DNA from: Bacteroidales bacterium
GTDB taxonomy: Bacteria; Bacteroidota; Bacteroidia; Bacteroidales; PUMT01
NCBI GenBank assembly: GCA_007131165.1
Contig: SLRB01000164.1
Location: 1 to 39,374, forward strand
Length of the DNA stretch: 39,374 bases
Reading direction: 5' to 3'
The translations under genes were made by a program, and so were the position numbers. Positions within the stretch are counted from its first letter, which is position 1. The number at the start of each line of letters is the position of its first letter. Shown here piece by piece: positions 1 through 9,522 of this stretch. Below the pieces are notes generated by a model. It did not search any database and was not told the origin of the DNA. It saw only the letters and a list, made by a program, of their open reading frames with translations.

Positions 1-252
1 GATTGTCCACCATACTGCAAAACCGTTAATGAAAACTACGGATAGCTGCGAGAACAATGCCTGCGTGCAATGCCATCTGACAAAAAGGGTGCCCCTCCTG
101 TTGCCTATGAAAAAAAACAGCGTGGCCAGCATATTGATCACTGGAAGGGGCATACCTGCCATAAGCGCAATGAGAGACATCAGATAGCCGTTGGAAGCTT
201 TTTCGGTTTCGTGATCGAGAGGGGTGTAAGGGAATGACTTAATTGATATCAT
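1..252 (-). CDS. DUF4870-like membrane protein (5' part; runs off the window edge)
   Basis: Not in the ORF track. My translation from the ATG at 252 is MISIKSFPYTPLDHETEKASNGYLMSLIALMAGMPLPVINMLATLFFFIGNRRGTLFVRWHCTQALFSQLSVVFINGFAVWWTI, open to base 1. Hydrophobic helices plus an FVRWHxxQA motif are typical of DUF4870. The ATG overlaps the upstream TGA (ATGA). Confidence 0.75.
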   Translation of the reverse strand, partial: MISIKSFPYTPLDHETEKASNGYLMSLIALMAGMPLPVINMLATLFFFIGNRRGTLFVRWHCTQALFSQLSVVFINGFAVWWTI

Positions 253-662
253 AGGTATTTGTAAAAATTCCAGATCCAGTTTGCAACTACAAGCAATATT
301 GCAGGAATGGCAAGCCGCCTGGCGGCAAGCCGTTTTTCGGCATCAATATAAAAACGGTGAAATGTGCTTTTGCTGCTCAGCAGATCTCCGGCAATCCATA
401 ACGGAATGATGAGCATTATTGCTGCTAACAACAACCCGGCAGGATTACTGTACAGGGCAGCACCCACATCCCCGCCGATGAGCGACAATACCGAACCGGT
501 AGAACCACAAGAGGGACAGGGCATGCCGGTTAAATGCCTGAACGGGCATGCCCCTGCCCACTGACCATCGCCGGCCCAGGTGAAGTAATAGCTCACACCG
601 AGCCATATATAACCGGCCAGGCAGGCTAAAAAAACTGTTATGTAAAGTCTTTTCCTGCTCAC
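249..662 (-). CDS. DUF2752 domain membrane protein
   Basis: CPFRHLTGMPCPSCGSTG motif between transmembrane segments, YSNP motif and C-terminal NWIWN. GTG start. Confidence 0.85.
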   Translation of the reverse strand: MSRKRLYITVFLACLAGYIWLGVSYYFTWAGDGQWAGACPFRHLTGMPCPSCGSTGSVLSLIGGDVGAALYSNPAGLLLAAIMLIIPLWIAGDLLSSKSTFHRFYIDAEKRLAARRLAIPAILLVVANWIWNFYKYL

Positions 663-678
663 CCTTAAACTATTGTTT

Positions 679-1014
679 TTAAGTATATTGCTGCAGTTTT
701 TGAAGATTCTTTTCCTTTGTCGCTCCCATTATCAGGAACCAGTCTATTATGGTCCAGATACCAAGTCCGCCACAAGTAAGCAATTTACCGATGCCAAGCC
801 CTACATCCCCTATCACGAAACGGTCAACTCCCAGGTACCCGATAAGGATCGAGATTATCAGCAGCATTGTCGGGTTTTTAAAATCAAGCGACTGAATTAA
901 TGACCATTTACTCTCATCGGCTTTGAGAAGTTTTTCCCTTATCTGGGGAACCATATGGCTCTCAAAATTCTTGCCGTTCACCATAATGAACATGTCGACT
1001 TTGTTTTCTTCCAT
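679..1014 (-). CDS. TM2 domain-containing protein
   Basis: C-terminal KNPT..LLIISILIGYLGVDRFVIGDVGLGIGKLLTCGGLGIWTIIDWFLI is the TM2 signature (GxDRFxxG...G..KL.T.GG.GIW...D). Confidence 0.92.
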   Translation of the reverse strand: MEENKVDMFIMVNGKNFESHMVPQIREKLLKADESKWSLIQSLDFKNPTMLLIISILIGYLGVDRFVIGDVGLGIGKLLTCGGLGIWTIIDWFLIMGATKEKNLQKLQQYT

Positions 1015-1030
1015 ATCAGTATTTTTAAAT

Positions 1031-1095
1031 TGCCTACTCTTGTGGCTTTTCGGCGGCCGCCCCGTTTATTGCAATGGTTTCAGGACTCCAGCTTA
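1031..1095 (-). ncRNA. candidate cis-regulatory RNA; resembles a shortened ydaO/yuaA (c-di-AMP) riboswitch
   Basis: The transcript-strand sequence is UAAGCUGGAGUCCUGAAACCAUUGCAAUAAACGGGGCGGCCGCCGAAAAGCCACAAGAGUAGGCA, a GC-rich island in an AT-rich leader ending 16 nt before the TM2 ATG. Block order parallels ydaO. Recognised by eye only. Confidence 0.4.
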
Positions 1096-1195
1096 CTGAA
1101 AAAAAAGAAAACAAGTTAATTTTAATTTTTCAATCATGCAATTTTCTTTCCGGTTTTTACTCCGGAAGGCAATAACTGACAGTATCCCCGGGGTT

Positions 1196-1939
1196 TCAGG
1201 AAATTTGTTTTTCCGATTTCAAAATACCTGCAATACCCCCAAGTAAGGGAATGAAACTGACATTTTTAAACCCGGCAGTCATAAGAAGTTCTGTAAGTTC
1301 AGGGGCCATGTAATAGTTTATTGCCGAATGGGAAAGATATTTGTAAGCGCCGCGATGCCCCGAGACCAGTCCCCCGAAAGGGGCAGTAACATATTTAAGA
1401 TAGATGTGAAATAGTTTGCGCAACAACCGGTTTTTCGGCTGACTGGTCTCAACTGCTACGAAAAGGCCTCCGGGTTTGAGTACTCGCAGTATCTCACTGA
1501 GGAAGCGGCTGGTATCAGGGTTGTTAAAAGTGAGGTTCCTGAATGCAAAGGCAATACCGATCGAATCAAAGTACCCGTCGTCGAAAGGCATCTCTGCTGC
1601 ATCGCCGTGAATGAACTCAACATCATCATACCTGCGGCTGATAGCCTTGCCGGATGCCAGCTGAAGCATGGGCTCGCTGAAGTCGAGCGCATAGACTTTG
1701 GCCGCCGTTCCTGCTCTTTTCCTTAAGTGCATTGCCAGGTCGCCCGTTCCGCAGCAAAGGTCAAGAACCCTTGATGGCCTGTTTTCCATACACATGGCAG
1801 CTGCCTTGCTGCGCCATGCCTGGTCAAGTCTCAGGGTAAGGGCCCTGTTCACTATATCGTACGATGGAGGCACTGATGCAAACATCTTCTGAAGAGGCCG
1901 CCTGCTTTCCTGTTTGCCGGAGTCTGGGTGTGTTGTCAT
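1196..1939 (-). CDS. ubiE: ubiquinone/menaquinone biosynthesis C-methyltransferase (UbiE/MenG family)
   Basis: MFxxVxxxYDxxN N-terminal motif, SAM-binding VLDLCCGTGD, GDAAEMPFDDGYFD, F.FRN, RVLKPGG and AYKYL. Confidence 0.9.
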   Translation of the reverse strand: MTTHPDSGKQESRRPLQKMFASVPPSYDIVNRALTLRLDQAWRSKAAAMCMENRPSRVLDLCCGTGDLAMHLRKRAGTAAKVYALDFSEPMLQLASGKAISRRYDDVEFIHGDAAEMPFDDGYFDSIGIAFAFRNLTFNNPDTSRFLSEILRVLKPGGLFVAVETSQPKNRLLRKLFHIYLKYVTAPFGGLVSGHRGAYKYLSHSAINYYMAPELTELLMTAGFKNVSFIPLLGGIAGILKSEKQIS

Positions 1940-1958
1940 ATGTTACCGGTTTTTGTTG

Positions 1959-1966
1959 CAAAGTTA
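1959..1966 (-). promoter_or_regulatory. Bacteroidota sigma-70 -7 box (TAACTTTG) for ubiE/menG
   Basis: Exact TAnnTTTG match about 20 nt upstream of the ATG. Confidence 0.65.
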
Positions 1967-2277
1967 ACCGCTGTAATCGATTTTATCGCACATAGCTTTA
2001 CAGCCCTGGCTGAACGGCTGTTCGCCCGGTTATGAAATGTCAACCCGGCACAGCACAGTATGCAGCCGGACAGGCCGGGCCGGCCGGCATGATGCTTTTA
2101 TAAAGATATCCCTGCCCTGGAATGAGGGGCCGGCACCAATAGCTGTTGCCTGTTTCAGGGCTGAAAAAATTATTATAAATTTACGTATCGAAACTACCGG
2201 CCTGGCAGGCAATATGATATTGATCATTTTTTTACCTGTTCATCAGGCCTCGATTATGATTGCAAGTATACGGTGAT

Positions 2278-3963
2278 ATGATAAAATTCAAGCCGAAGCT
2301 TTTTCTTCTTCTGAGGACCTACTCTCTGAAGCAGTTTATGTCTGATCTCAGTGCAGGGGTGATCGTTGGTATTGTAGCCATGCCCATTGCACTTGCCTAT
2401 GCCATAGCTTCAGGTGTAACCCCGGATGTGGGACTGGTAACCGCTATCATTGCAGGACTCCTGGTTTCGGTGCTTGGCGGAAGCAGGGTGCAGATAGGAG
2501 GCCCCTCGGGAGCTTTCATAGTAATAGTTTACAGTGTAATTGAGCAACACGGACTTGAGGGTTTGCTCATTACTACATTCATCGCAGGGGTGATGCTTAT
2601 ACTGATGGGCCTCTTCCGGATGGGAACCATAATAAGGTTCATGCCCTACCCTATAGTCGTCGGCTTTACCAGTGCAATAGCCGCCATTATATTCACCACC
2701 CAGGTGAGCCCGTTTTTCGGACTTGAAATACCCGAGATGTCTGTCAGCTTCACAGGTAAATGGGTGAACTTCTTCCAACACCTGCATACCGCGAACCCCT
2801 ATGCAGTGGGACTGGGAATGATTACCCTTCTGCTGATCATCTTCCTGCCCAAGATGGGCTCAAGGATCCCGGGCTCATTTGTTGCCATCATTATCACAAC
2901 ATTGCTGGTGTATCTTTTTGACCTTCCGGTGGAAACACTCGGAAGTAAATACGGCGAGATCTCATCAACCCTCCCCAGGCCTTCTTTCCCCGGCTTTACT
3001 TTTGAAAGGGTCAGTATGCTGATTCAACCGGCCTTTACTATTGCCATGCTCTGTGCGATAGAATCGCTGCTTTCGGCAATGGTGGCCGACGGGTACACGG
3101 GCGGCTCGCACCGGCCCAACACAGAGCTGATTGCCCAGGGCACTGCCAACATGATGGTACCTCTTTTCGGGGGAATCCCTGCATCAGGGCAGATAGCAAA
3201 GACAATGACCAATATAAGAAGAGGGGCAAAGACCCCTGTTGCCGGTATAATCCACTCGGTGGTGCTTCTGGTCATACTGCTCTTTTTGGGGAGGTTCGCG
3301 GGACTGATCCCTATTGCGTGCATGGCAGGAATGTTGATTGGAGTTGCCTACAAAATGAGTGAGTGGCACACCTTTGTCAACTTCCTGAGGTATCCCAGGA
3401 GTGACGGGCTTGTTTTGATAACAACATTTCTCCTTACCCTGGTGTTTGATCTTTCAATAGCAATACAGGTCGGACTGCTTATGGCCATGGTAATTTTTAT
3501 TAAAAGGTTTGCAGAATCATCCAATATAGAGGTTTTCCGCCGCGATGTCAATGACGATAAGGAGCCTGAAACACTGTTTGACGAACACCTGGGAACAATC
3601 AAAATACCAAACGGGATTGAAATATACGAGATCAACGGACCCTTTTTCTTCGGAGTGGCCAATAAATTTGACGAGATAGTAAGGGAGAATACCCGTGATA
3701 TTCACGCACGTATACTGAGACTCAGGAAAGTTCCCTTTATCGATTCTACCGGGTTGAACAACCTGGAAAACCTTCTCCAGAAATCGAAAGGTGAAAAAAT
3801 CCAGCTTATCTTTTCAGGTGTACATCCCGGGGCAATGAAAGCTCTTGAACAATCGGGCCTGATTGAAAAGGTGGGCAGGGAGAATGTTTTTGACGATATA
3901 GCCCCTGCCCTGCTCAGGGCCCATGATATTGTAGAGGAAAAAGAGAAACCGCTGCGCACCTGA
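2278..3963 (+). CDS. sulP: SulP/SLC26 family inorganic anion transporter with C-terminal STAS domain
   Basis: DLSAGVIVGIVAMP..AYAIASG, GGSRVQIGGPSGAF, IESLLSA, PNTELIAQG.AN and STAS motifs EINGPFFFG / LRKVPFIDSTG. ATG at 2278 preferred over the TTG at 2260. Confidence 0.93.
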   Translation: MIKFKPKLFLLLRTYSLKQFMSDLSAGVIVGIVAMPIALAYAIASGVTPDVGLVTAIIAGLLVSVLGGSRVQIGGPSGAFIVIVYSVIEQHGLEGLLITTFIAGVMLILMGLFRMGTIIRFMPYPIVVGFTSAIAAIIFTTQVSPFFGLEIPEMSVSFTGKWVNFFQHLHTANPYAVGLGMITLLLIIFLPKMGSRIPGSFVAIIITTLLVYLFDLPVETLGSKYGEISSTLPRPSFPGFTFERVSMLIQPAFTIAMLCAIESLLSAMVADGYTGGSHRPNTELIAQGTANMMVPLFGGIPASGQIAKTMTNIRRGAKTPVAGIIHSVVLLVILLFLGRFAGLIPIACMAGMLIGVAYKMSEWHTFVNFLRYPRSDGLVLITTFLLTLVFDLSIAIQVGLLMAMVIFIKRFAESSNIEVFRRDVNDDKEPETLFDEHLGTIKIPNGIEIYEINGPFFFGVANKFDEIVRENTRDIHARILRLRKVPFIDSTGLNNLENLLQKSKGEKIQLIFSGVHPGAMKALEQSGLIEKVGRENVFDDIAPALLRAHDIVEEKEKPLRT

Positions 3964-3997
3964 CCTGCGATAGTGATGCATTGACCGGGTTGCTTCA

Positions 3998-4348
3998 TCA
4001 CCTGCTGAGAGTAACGCTTACACTGTCCATCTGCCCGCCCATAGGCGGATTCATCTTTGATATCTTAACGGTTGCCCTGGCTATACCCGGGAAATTTTCA
4101 TACAACCTGTCAAGAATGCGGCCGGCAACATGCTCGAGCAGGTGGCTCTTTATCTGCATCTGTTCTTTAATTATATCATATGCCAGCTGGTAGTTAATGG
4201 TGTCAGCCAGATTGTCGGATGAGGCAGCATTTTCGAGACCGGTTGATATCTCGAGGTTCACCAGGAACCTGTTCCCTGCTATCCGCTCCTCCCTGTAACA
4301 GCCGTGATATGCATGGAACTCCATGTTTTCTATGCTGATGGTACCCAT
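3998..4348 (-). CDS. folB: dihydroneopterin aldolase
   Basis: FHAYHGC..EE...GNRF.V, SDNLADTINY, LLEHVA and K.NPPMGG motifs; 116 aa. Confidence 0.95.
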   Translation of the reverse strand: MGTISIENMEFHAYHGCYREERIAGNRFLVNLEISTGLENAASSDNLADTINYQLAYDIIKEQMQIKSHLLEHVAGRILDRLYENFPGIARATVKISKMNPPMGGQMDSVSVTLSR

Positions 4349-4366
4349 AATGCCCGGTTTTTATGC

Positions 4367-4374
4367 CAAAAATA
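4367..4374 (-). promoter_or_regulatory. -7 box (TATTTTTG) for folB
   Basis: TAnnTTTG match 18 nt upstream of the ATG. Confidence 0.6.
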
Positions 4375-4447
4375 ATGATTCCTCCAGTAAATGAGGCGCG
4401 GTAGAAAAAAAAGCAGCCGCGCCACCTAAGATTTTGTTATTTACTCG

Positions 4448-4455
4448 TACTTTTG
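4448..4455 (+). promoter_or_regulatory. -7 box (TACTTTTG) for glnS
   Basis: TAnnTTTG match upstream of glnS, divergent from the folB box. Confidence 0.6.
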
Positions 4456-4541
4456 TATCCCCTGACACCAAAAAACCAGGAGATATCTATGACAGTCTGC
4501 CCCATTCAGGCAGATAACAGTTAAATAAAACACACAGGAGA

Positions 4542-6251
4542 ATGTTACAGAACAGTTCCCCCGGTAAGGGAAAAAAAGAAGAAGAAGGACGCTCACTGAA
4601 CTTTATTGAGCAGATCATTGTCGAAGATATACGCACGGGCAAGAACGGCGGAAGGGTTCATACACGCTTCCCGCCAGAGCCCAATGGCTATCTGCATATA
4701 GGGCACGCAAAATCAATCTGCCTGAACTACGGTCTTGCTGATAAGTATAACGGACTGTATAACCTGCGGTTCGACGATACCAACCCCCTTACCGAAGAGG
4801 TTGAATATGTAGATGCGATCATGGAAGATGTGAGATGGCTGGGGTACGACTGGGAAGACCGGCTGTATTATGCCTCCGACTATTTTGAACAGCTTTATGA
4901 GTGGGCAGAGAAGCTTGTGATGAAGGGCAAGGCATTTGTATGTGAACTCAGCGCCGAAGAAATGAGCTCACATCGGGGGACACCCACCCGGCCCGGTACC
5001 GAAAGCCCCTACAGGGACCGCACCGCTGAAGAGAACCTTGACCTCTTCAGGCGCATGCGAGCAGGAGAGTTCGGGAACGGCGAAAAGGTACTCAGGGCAA
5101 AGATCGACATGTCGTCGCCAAACATGCACATGCGCGACCCGGTGCTTTACAGGATTATTCATGCATCGCACCACAGGACCGGCGATAAATGGTGTATCTA
5201 CCCCACTTATGACTACGCCCACGGGCAGAGCGACTCCATCGAGGGCATCACCCACTCTATCTGCACACTTGAGTTCGAGGTGCACAGGCCGCTGTACGAC
5301 TGGTTAATACGCGAGCTGGAGATCTTCCCGAGCCGCCAGATTGAGTTCGCCAGGCTGAACCTCAGCTATACCATCATGAGCAAGCGAAAACTGCTTCAAC
5401 TGGTTAAAGAGGGGCACGTCAGCGGCTGGGATGACCCGAGGATGCCGACAATTTGCGGACTGCGACGCAGGGGCTACACCCCCGGGTCAATCAGGTATTT
5501 TGCCGACCGGATAGGCGTGGCAAAGCGCGACAACGTTATTGACGTGGCGCTCCTGGAACACAGCGTAAGAGAGGACCTGAACAAAAAAGCAACCCGCGTG
5601 ATGGCGGTGCTCAATCCCCTGAAAGTTGTTATCACCAATTACCCTGAAGGGCAATCCGAAGAGGTGGAGGCGGTGATAAACCCCGAGATGCCCGAACTGG
5701 GCAAAAGGAAGGTGCCATTCTCCCGCGAATTATATATAGAAATGGATGACTTCATGGAAGATCCGCCCAGGAAGTTCTTCAGGCTGGCACCGGGCAGGGA
5801 GGTGAGGCTTAAATATGCCTATATCATCAAATGTGAAAAGGTAATAAAAAATGATTCCGGCGAGATAACCGAGCTGCATTGCACCTACGACCCGCTTACC
5901 AGGAGCGGCATGCCTGATGCCAACCGCAAGGTTAAAAGTACCATTCACTGGGTATCGCTGCCGCATGCACGTGAAGTGGAAGTAAGGCTGTTCGACAGGC
6001 TGTTCAGGAAAGAAAACCCCGATGATGCTGAAGAAGGGCAGGATTTCAAGTCAAACCTCAACCCCGGATCACTTAAGGTTACCAAGGGACACATCTCATC
6101 GGGCATTGACGGTGCCGGAGCCCTTGATAAGTTCCAGTTCGAGAGGCTTGGGTACTTCTGTGTCGACCCCGACTCCTTACCCGGAAAGATGGTCTTTAAC
6201 AGGACTGTCACCCTGCGTGATGCGTGGGCGAGGATGGGTAATAAAAGGTAA
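4542..6251 (+). CDS. glnS: glutamine--tRNA ligase
   Basis: [17 protein letters not shown] (HIGH motif), [29 protein letters not shown] and FQFERLGYF. Confidence 0.97.
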   Translation: MLQNSSPGKGKKEEEGRSLNFIEQIIVEDIRTGKNGGRVHTRFPPEPNGYLHIGHAKSICLNYGLADKYNGLYNLRFDDTNPLTEEVEYVDAIMEDVRWLGYDWEDRLYYASDYFEQLYEWAEKLVMKGKAFVCELSAEEMSSHRGTPTRPGTESPYRDRTAEENLDLFRRMRAGEFGNGEKVLRAKIDMSSPNMHMRDPVLYRIIHASHHRTGDKWCIYPTYDYAHGQSDSIEGITHSICTLEFEVHRPLYDWLIRELEIFPSRQIEFARLNLSYTIMSKRKLLQLVKEGHVSGWDDPRMPTICGLRRRGYTPGSIRYFADRIGVAKRDNVIDVALLEHSVREDLNKKATRVMAVLNPLKVVITNYPEGQSEEVEAVINPEMPELGKRKVPFSRELYIEMDDFMEDPPRKFFRLAPGREVRLKYAYIIKCEKVIKNDSGEITELHCTYDPLTRSGMPDANRKVKSTIHWVSLPHAREVEVRLFDRLFRKENPDDAEEGQDFKSNLNPGSLKVTKGHISSGIDGAGALDKFQFERLGYFCVDPDSLPGKMVFNRTVTLRDAWARMGNKR

Positions 6252-6252
6252 A

Positions 6253-6795
6253 CTACCTCAGAACTGCAATTTCCAGGTCCTTGATGTAATCGTTTATCTT
6301 CCAGGCGCTCCTGGAAATATACGAGATGTATTCCCCTGCACGGTAGTGGCAGGCACCCTGCGATTTCAGAAGGCTGGAGAAGCCACATATTGAGTTCAGG
6401 CAGGTCCTTAACTGGTGCACGAATTCAGCATCCTTTGCAATAAAGGCTGTCATGTCGACCACTGACCCGGACAGAATTTTCTCTCCCTCCCTGTTAACTG
6501 CCTCAACCGTCAAACCAATGAATACAGCATGACCCTCCTGGTGCTTTGTCCTTAAAATCAAACTGAACCCGTTGGTTTCTCCTCTGAGGGTCCTTTCAAG
6601 CTCAGTATTGAACCTCTCTTTTTCAGGCGACTCGAAAAGGCAGGTTATTGGCATCTTTTGAAGCATGCCGGCAGGAAACCCGGTTATAACTGATATCTCT
6701 TGTGAAACATACAGGAAATTTTTACCATCTGATTTAAAATTGCCGCATAACACCGGCCCTTCATTGATATGCCCGCGCTGTCCGTAAACTTCCAT
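6253..6795 (-). CDS. PAS/PAC-like domain plus histidine-kinase dimerisation (HisKA/DHp) segment, no ATPase domain
   Basis: PAS-like FLYVSQEISVITGF...L.....ITCLF....K and PAC-like GSVVDMT, then H-box-like FVHQLRTCLNSICGFSSLL. The protein ends at INDYIKDLEIAVLR. Confidence 0.65.
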   Translation of the reverse strand: MEVYGQRGHINEGPVLCGNFKSDGKNFLYVSQEISVITGFPAGMLQKMPITCLFESPEKERFNTELERTLRGETNGFSLILRTKHQEGHAVFIGLTVEAVNREGEKILSGSVVDMTAFIAKDAEFVHQLRTCLNSICGFSSLLKSQGACHYRAGEYISYISRSAWKINDYIKDLEIAVLR

Positions 6796-6910
6796 TCTCT
6801 ATTTTTAAATTGGTTTAACATCTGTCAATAATTTTTCATTTTATAGATCCGCGTCTTTCAGGCGCGCTAAATGTACTTGCGGGACTTTGCCCGGAAGGCA
6901 TTTGTGCTAT

Positions 6911-6974
6911 AAAAAGGGGTGCGGCCATGCAGCAAAACGGAGGGGAAATACTGCCGGCATAAATGCACCCCTTT
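6911..6974 (-). terminator. probable intrinsic terminator / long hairpin downstream of the MCP gene
   Basis: Arms AAAGGGGTGC (6913-6922) and GCACCCCTTT (6965-6974), with a U-run on the minus strand and further imperfect pairing inside the loop. Confidence 0.5.
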
Positions 6975-7014
6975 CATACGTATAAAGTCATCAGATACTT
7001 TGTAATGATCCTGT

Positions 7015-8781
7015 TCAGTATTTTTCGTAATCTACATCATTAATTTCAGGCTCAAACATTTTAAGATCCACTCCCTCTTTCTGCGTTTCACCGACTTTGC
7101 CATCAGTTGCCTTTTCAGATGTCCCGCCCCGGGGCGAGCTGCCCTTGGCGGCCATATACTTTATCTTAGCGGCAGCCTCTGTTTTGGCTGCAACCGGCTG
7201 TGCCTTCGTTCCTCTCATATTATCCCTGCGGCCGATTTTAAAGTACGAAACAGTCTCCTTCAACTGGTCGGCCTGGCTGGCAAGCTCTTCCGAACTGGTG
7301 GCGGTCTCTTCCGATGAAGCTGAATTTTGCTGTATTACCTGGTTAAGCTGCTGTATTGCACTGTTTACCTGGTCTGCGCCTGCATTCTGTTCCATACTGG
7401 CAGAAGCTATCTCCTGTACCAGTACGGCTGTTTTTTCTATTTCGGGGACTATCGCTTCAAGCTGGCGCCCGGCCTCATCTGACAGCTGCACGCCAGATTT
7501 CGATAGCTCGTCGATCTCTTCTGCCGCAACCTTACTCCTTTCGGCAAGCTTTCTTACTTCGGCGGCCACCACGGCAAAACCGCGTCCGTGTTCACCGGCC
7601 CTTGCCGCTTCTACTGCAGCATTCAGGGCAAGTATATTGGTCTGGAATGCTATATCGCCTATGATCGAAATCTTTTCGGCAATCTCTTTCATTGAGCCAA
7701 CCGACTTGTTGGTGGAATCATTCCCGCTTTTGATCTCCTCGGCGGCCTTGAGTGCGATCTTTTCAGTCTCTTTCGAGTTGCTCGTATTCTGCTGAATATT
7801 TGAAACCATCTGTTCCATTGACGAAGAGACCTCCTCGGCAGAGGCTGCCTGCTCCGATGCACCCTGGGAAATTTCCTGCGATGCCGAACTGAGCTGCTGG
7901 CTCGCGGCTGCAATATTATCTGCTCCTTCCCTGATATCCTGTATTATTTCACGAAGTGTGGCCACCATCTTTTTTAGGGCACTGGCAAGCACACCTATTT
8001 CATCCTTCTGGTCGATATCGAGATTTGCATCAAGGTCTCCCCCGGCTATTGATTCGGCAAAACCAACAGCATCCCTTACTGGCCGCGTTATTGAGGCTAT
8101 TATCACATACCCGGTAATCACAGCGAGGAGCACACCAAGTAGTATACCCAACAATACCATCATATTGCTGCGGTCGACAAGCTCATCTCCGCGGGCGATC
8201 TCAGTATTTGCATAACCTTCGTTAAGCGCTATGATCTCATTAAGGTAACGGTTGGTTTCAGTCCTCACCTCATATATGTCGTTCATAACAAAATCGTTCA
8301 TCTGCAGGAACAGTTGCTGTGCATCGGCGTTGCCGGCGCTGTCGGCCAGGTTCAGGCCGTATAGCTGATCGTTCATAGACAGCAGGTTGTCGGCTGCCCT
8401 CTGCCACCTTTCTCTGGCGTCATTATAACGTCCCCATACAATCACCTCATCATCCGTATGCTCAAGCGATTCATAAACCCGCGTGGCCTCATCCTCGGCA
8501 AGACGCTCTTCATTGATGTTTTGCACCTGCCTGCGGCGCTCCTCCTCGTCAAGGTTTTGATTGAGAAGGGTTCTCTGCGCTGCGGTAATGTTGCTCAGGG
8601 CTACATCGATAGTCAGAAGACTCCTGACTGAGGGCATATTAACATCGGCAACCTGATGAAACGAGCCCGACACATTTCGCAACCCGTTTAGTCCGGTCAC
8701 ACCTACCGCGATTGCAATTGCGATCACCAGGGCAAAACCCGTGAAGATCTTTGTTCCAAGTCTAAAATTTTTCCAGTTCAT
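7015..8781 (-). CDS. methyl-accepting chemotaxis protein (TM - four-helix-bundle sensor - TM - HAMP - signalling domain)
   Basis: Two TM helices, HAMP (ITRPV...A..IAGGDL......QKDEIGVLA), hairpin-tip [40 protein letters not shown], methylation heptads and C-terminal DYEKY. Confidence 0.97.
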   Translation of the reverse strand: MNWKNFRLGTKIFTGFALVIAIAIAVGVTGLNGLRNVSGSFHQVADVNMPSVRSLLTIDVALSNITAAQRTLLNQNLDEEERRRQVQNINEERLAEDEATRVYESLEHTDDEVIVWGRYNDARERWQRAADNLLSMNDQLYGLNLADSAGNADAQQLFLQMNDFVMNDIYEVRTETNRYLNEIIALNEGYANTEIARGDELVDRSNMMVLLGILLGVLLAVITGYVIIASITRPVRDAVGFAESIAGGDLDANLDIDQKDEIGVLASALKKMVATLREIIQDIREGADNIAAASQQLSSASQEISQGASEQAASAEEVSSSMEQMVSNIQQNTSNSKETEKIALKAAEEIKSGNDSTNKSVGSMKEIAEKISIIGDIAFQTNILALNAAVEAARAGEHGRGFAVVAAEVRKLAERSKVAAEEIDELSKSGVQLSDEAGRQLEAIVPEIEKTAVLVQEIASASMEQNAGADQVNSAIQQLNQVIQQNSASSEETATSSEELASQADQLKETVSYFKIGRRDNMRGTKAQPVAAKTEAAAKIKYMAAKGSSPRGGTSEKATDGKVGETQKEGVDLKMFEPEINDVDYEKY

Positions 8782-9003
8782 ACCTTTTTTGATTTAATTA
8801 ATAATTATGGCCAAAGACCCTTTTACCGGCACCGGCCTGTTGATTTGAAATTATTCCTGCATGGCAGCACACAAACTGGCGGTTGGTTTACCTGGCGCCA
8901 GCAAGGTAACTGCGACAGCAAGGGGGTTTTAAGGTATAAATGGTTCGTGGTCACGGGAAAAATCCTGGTTACGGGGGGGGGCGGAATGGCTAAATGACTG
9001 GTT

Positions 9004-9522
9004 TCACACCTTTACCTTAGCTGGTTCTGGCTTTTTGGTTTCTGATGGCCCTGTCTTCCGAATCATGTTTATTGTTTCCATGTCGCTGGTATTAAAAACC
9101 TTATCGATATTTACCAGCATTATGAATTTGTCATTGCTTTCAATCATGCCTGAAAGAAAATCAGTTTTGTATGCCTTGCCAATGGAGGGCACCTGCAGAA
9201 TCCGGTCTTCTGTTATCTCCACTACTGCTTTGACGGAATCCACAACTGCGCCAACCATCACCCTCTTCCCGTCAATTTCGGGTTCAAGTACCAGTATGCA
9301 TGTGTTCTTGCTGTCTTCAGCAGCATCCATGCCGAATTTGATCCTGGTATCGATTACCGGTAATACGGTACCCCTGAGGTTAATCACACCCTTGATATAT
9401 TCAGGTGTTTTGGGTACCCTGGTTATCCCTGTCATCTCCAGTATGTTAATCACTTTGCCCACGTGAATCCCGTAGGTTTCTTCTTTCAGCGTGTAGGTTA
9501 AATAAGAGCCTCCCTGTTTCAT
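9004..9522 (-). CDS. cheW: chemotaxis scaffold protein CheW
   Basis: YLTYTL..ETYGI.V..V..I, ITRVPKTPEYIKGVINLRG.VLPVID and G.VVDSV..V. Confidence 0.95.
   Translation of the reverse strand: MKQGGSYLTYTLKEETYGIHVGKVINILEMTGITRVPKTPEYIKGVINLRGTVLPVIDTRIKFGMDAAEDSKNTCILVLEPEIDGKRVMVGAVVDSVKAVVEITEDRILQVPSIGKAYKTDFLSGMIESNDKFIMLVNIDKVFNTSDMETINMIRKTGPSETKKPEPAKVKV

Noticed and set aside
2030-2276. Small ORFs and CCGG/GCCGGC-rich stretch upstream of sulP (REP or CRISPR-like?)
   Set aside because: No fixed-length repeat-spacer structure and no matching copies elsewhere; CCGG is common throughout the window.
4394-4422. Inverted repeat GGCGCGG...CCGCGCC between folB and glnS
   Set aside because: It lies between divergent promoters, so it is not a terminator; short and a single instance, with no function supportable.
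7097-7795. 232-aa plus-strand ORF
   Set aside because: Antisense shadow of the MCP signalling domain; Ser/Ala-rich with no independent motifs.
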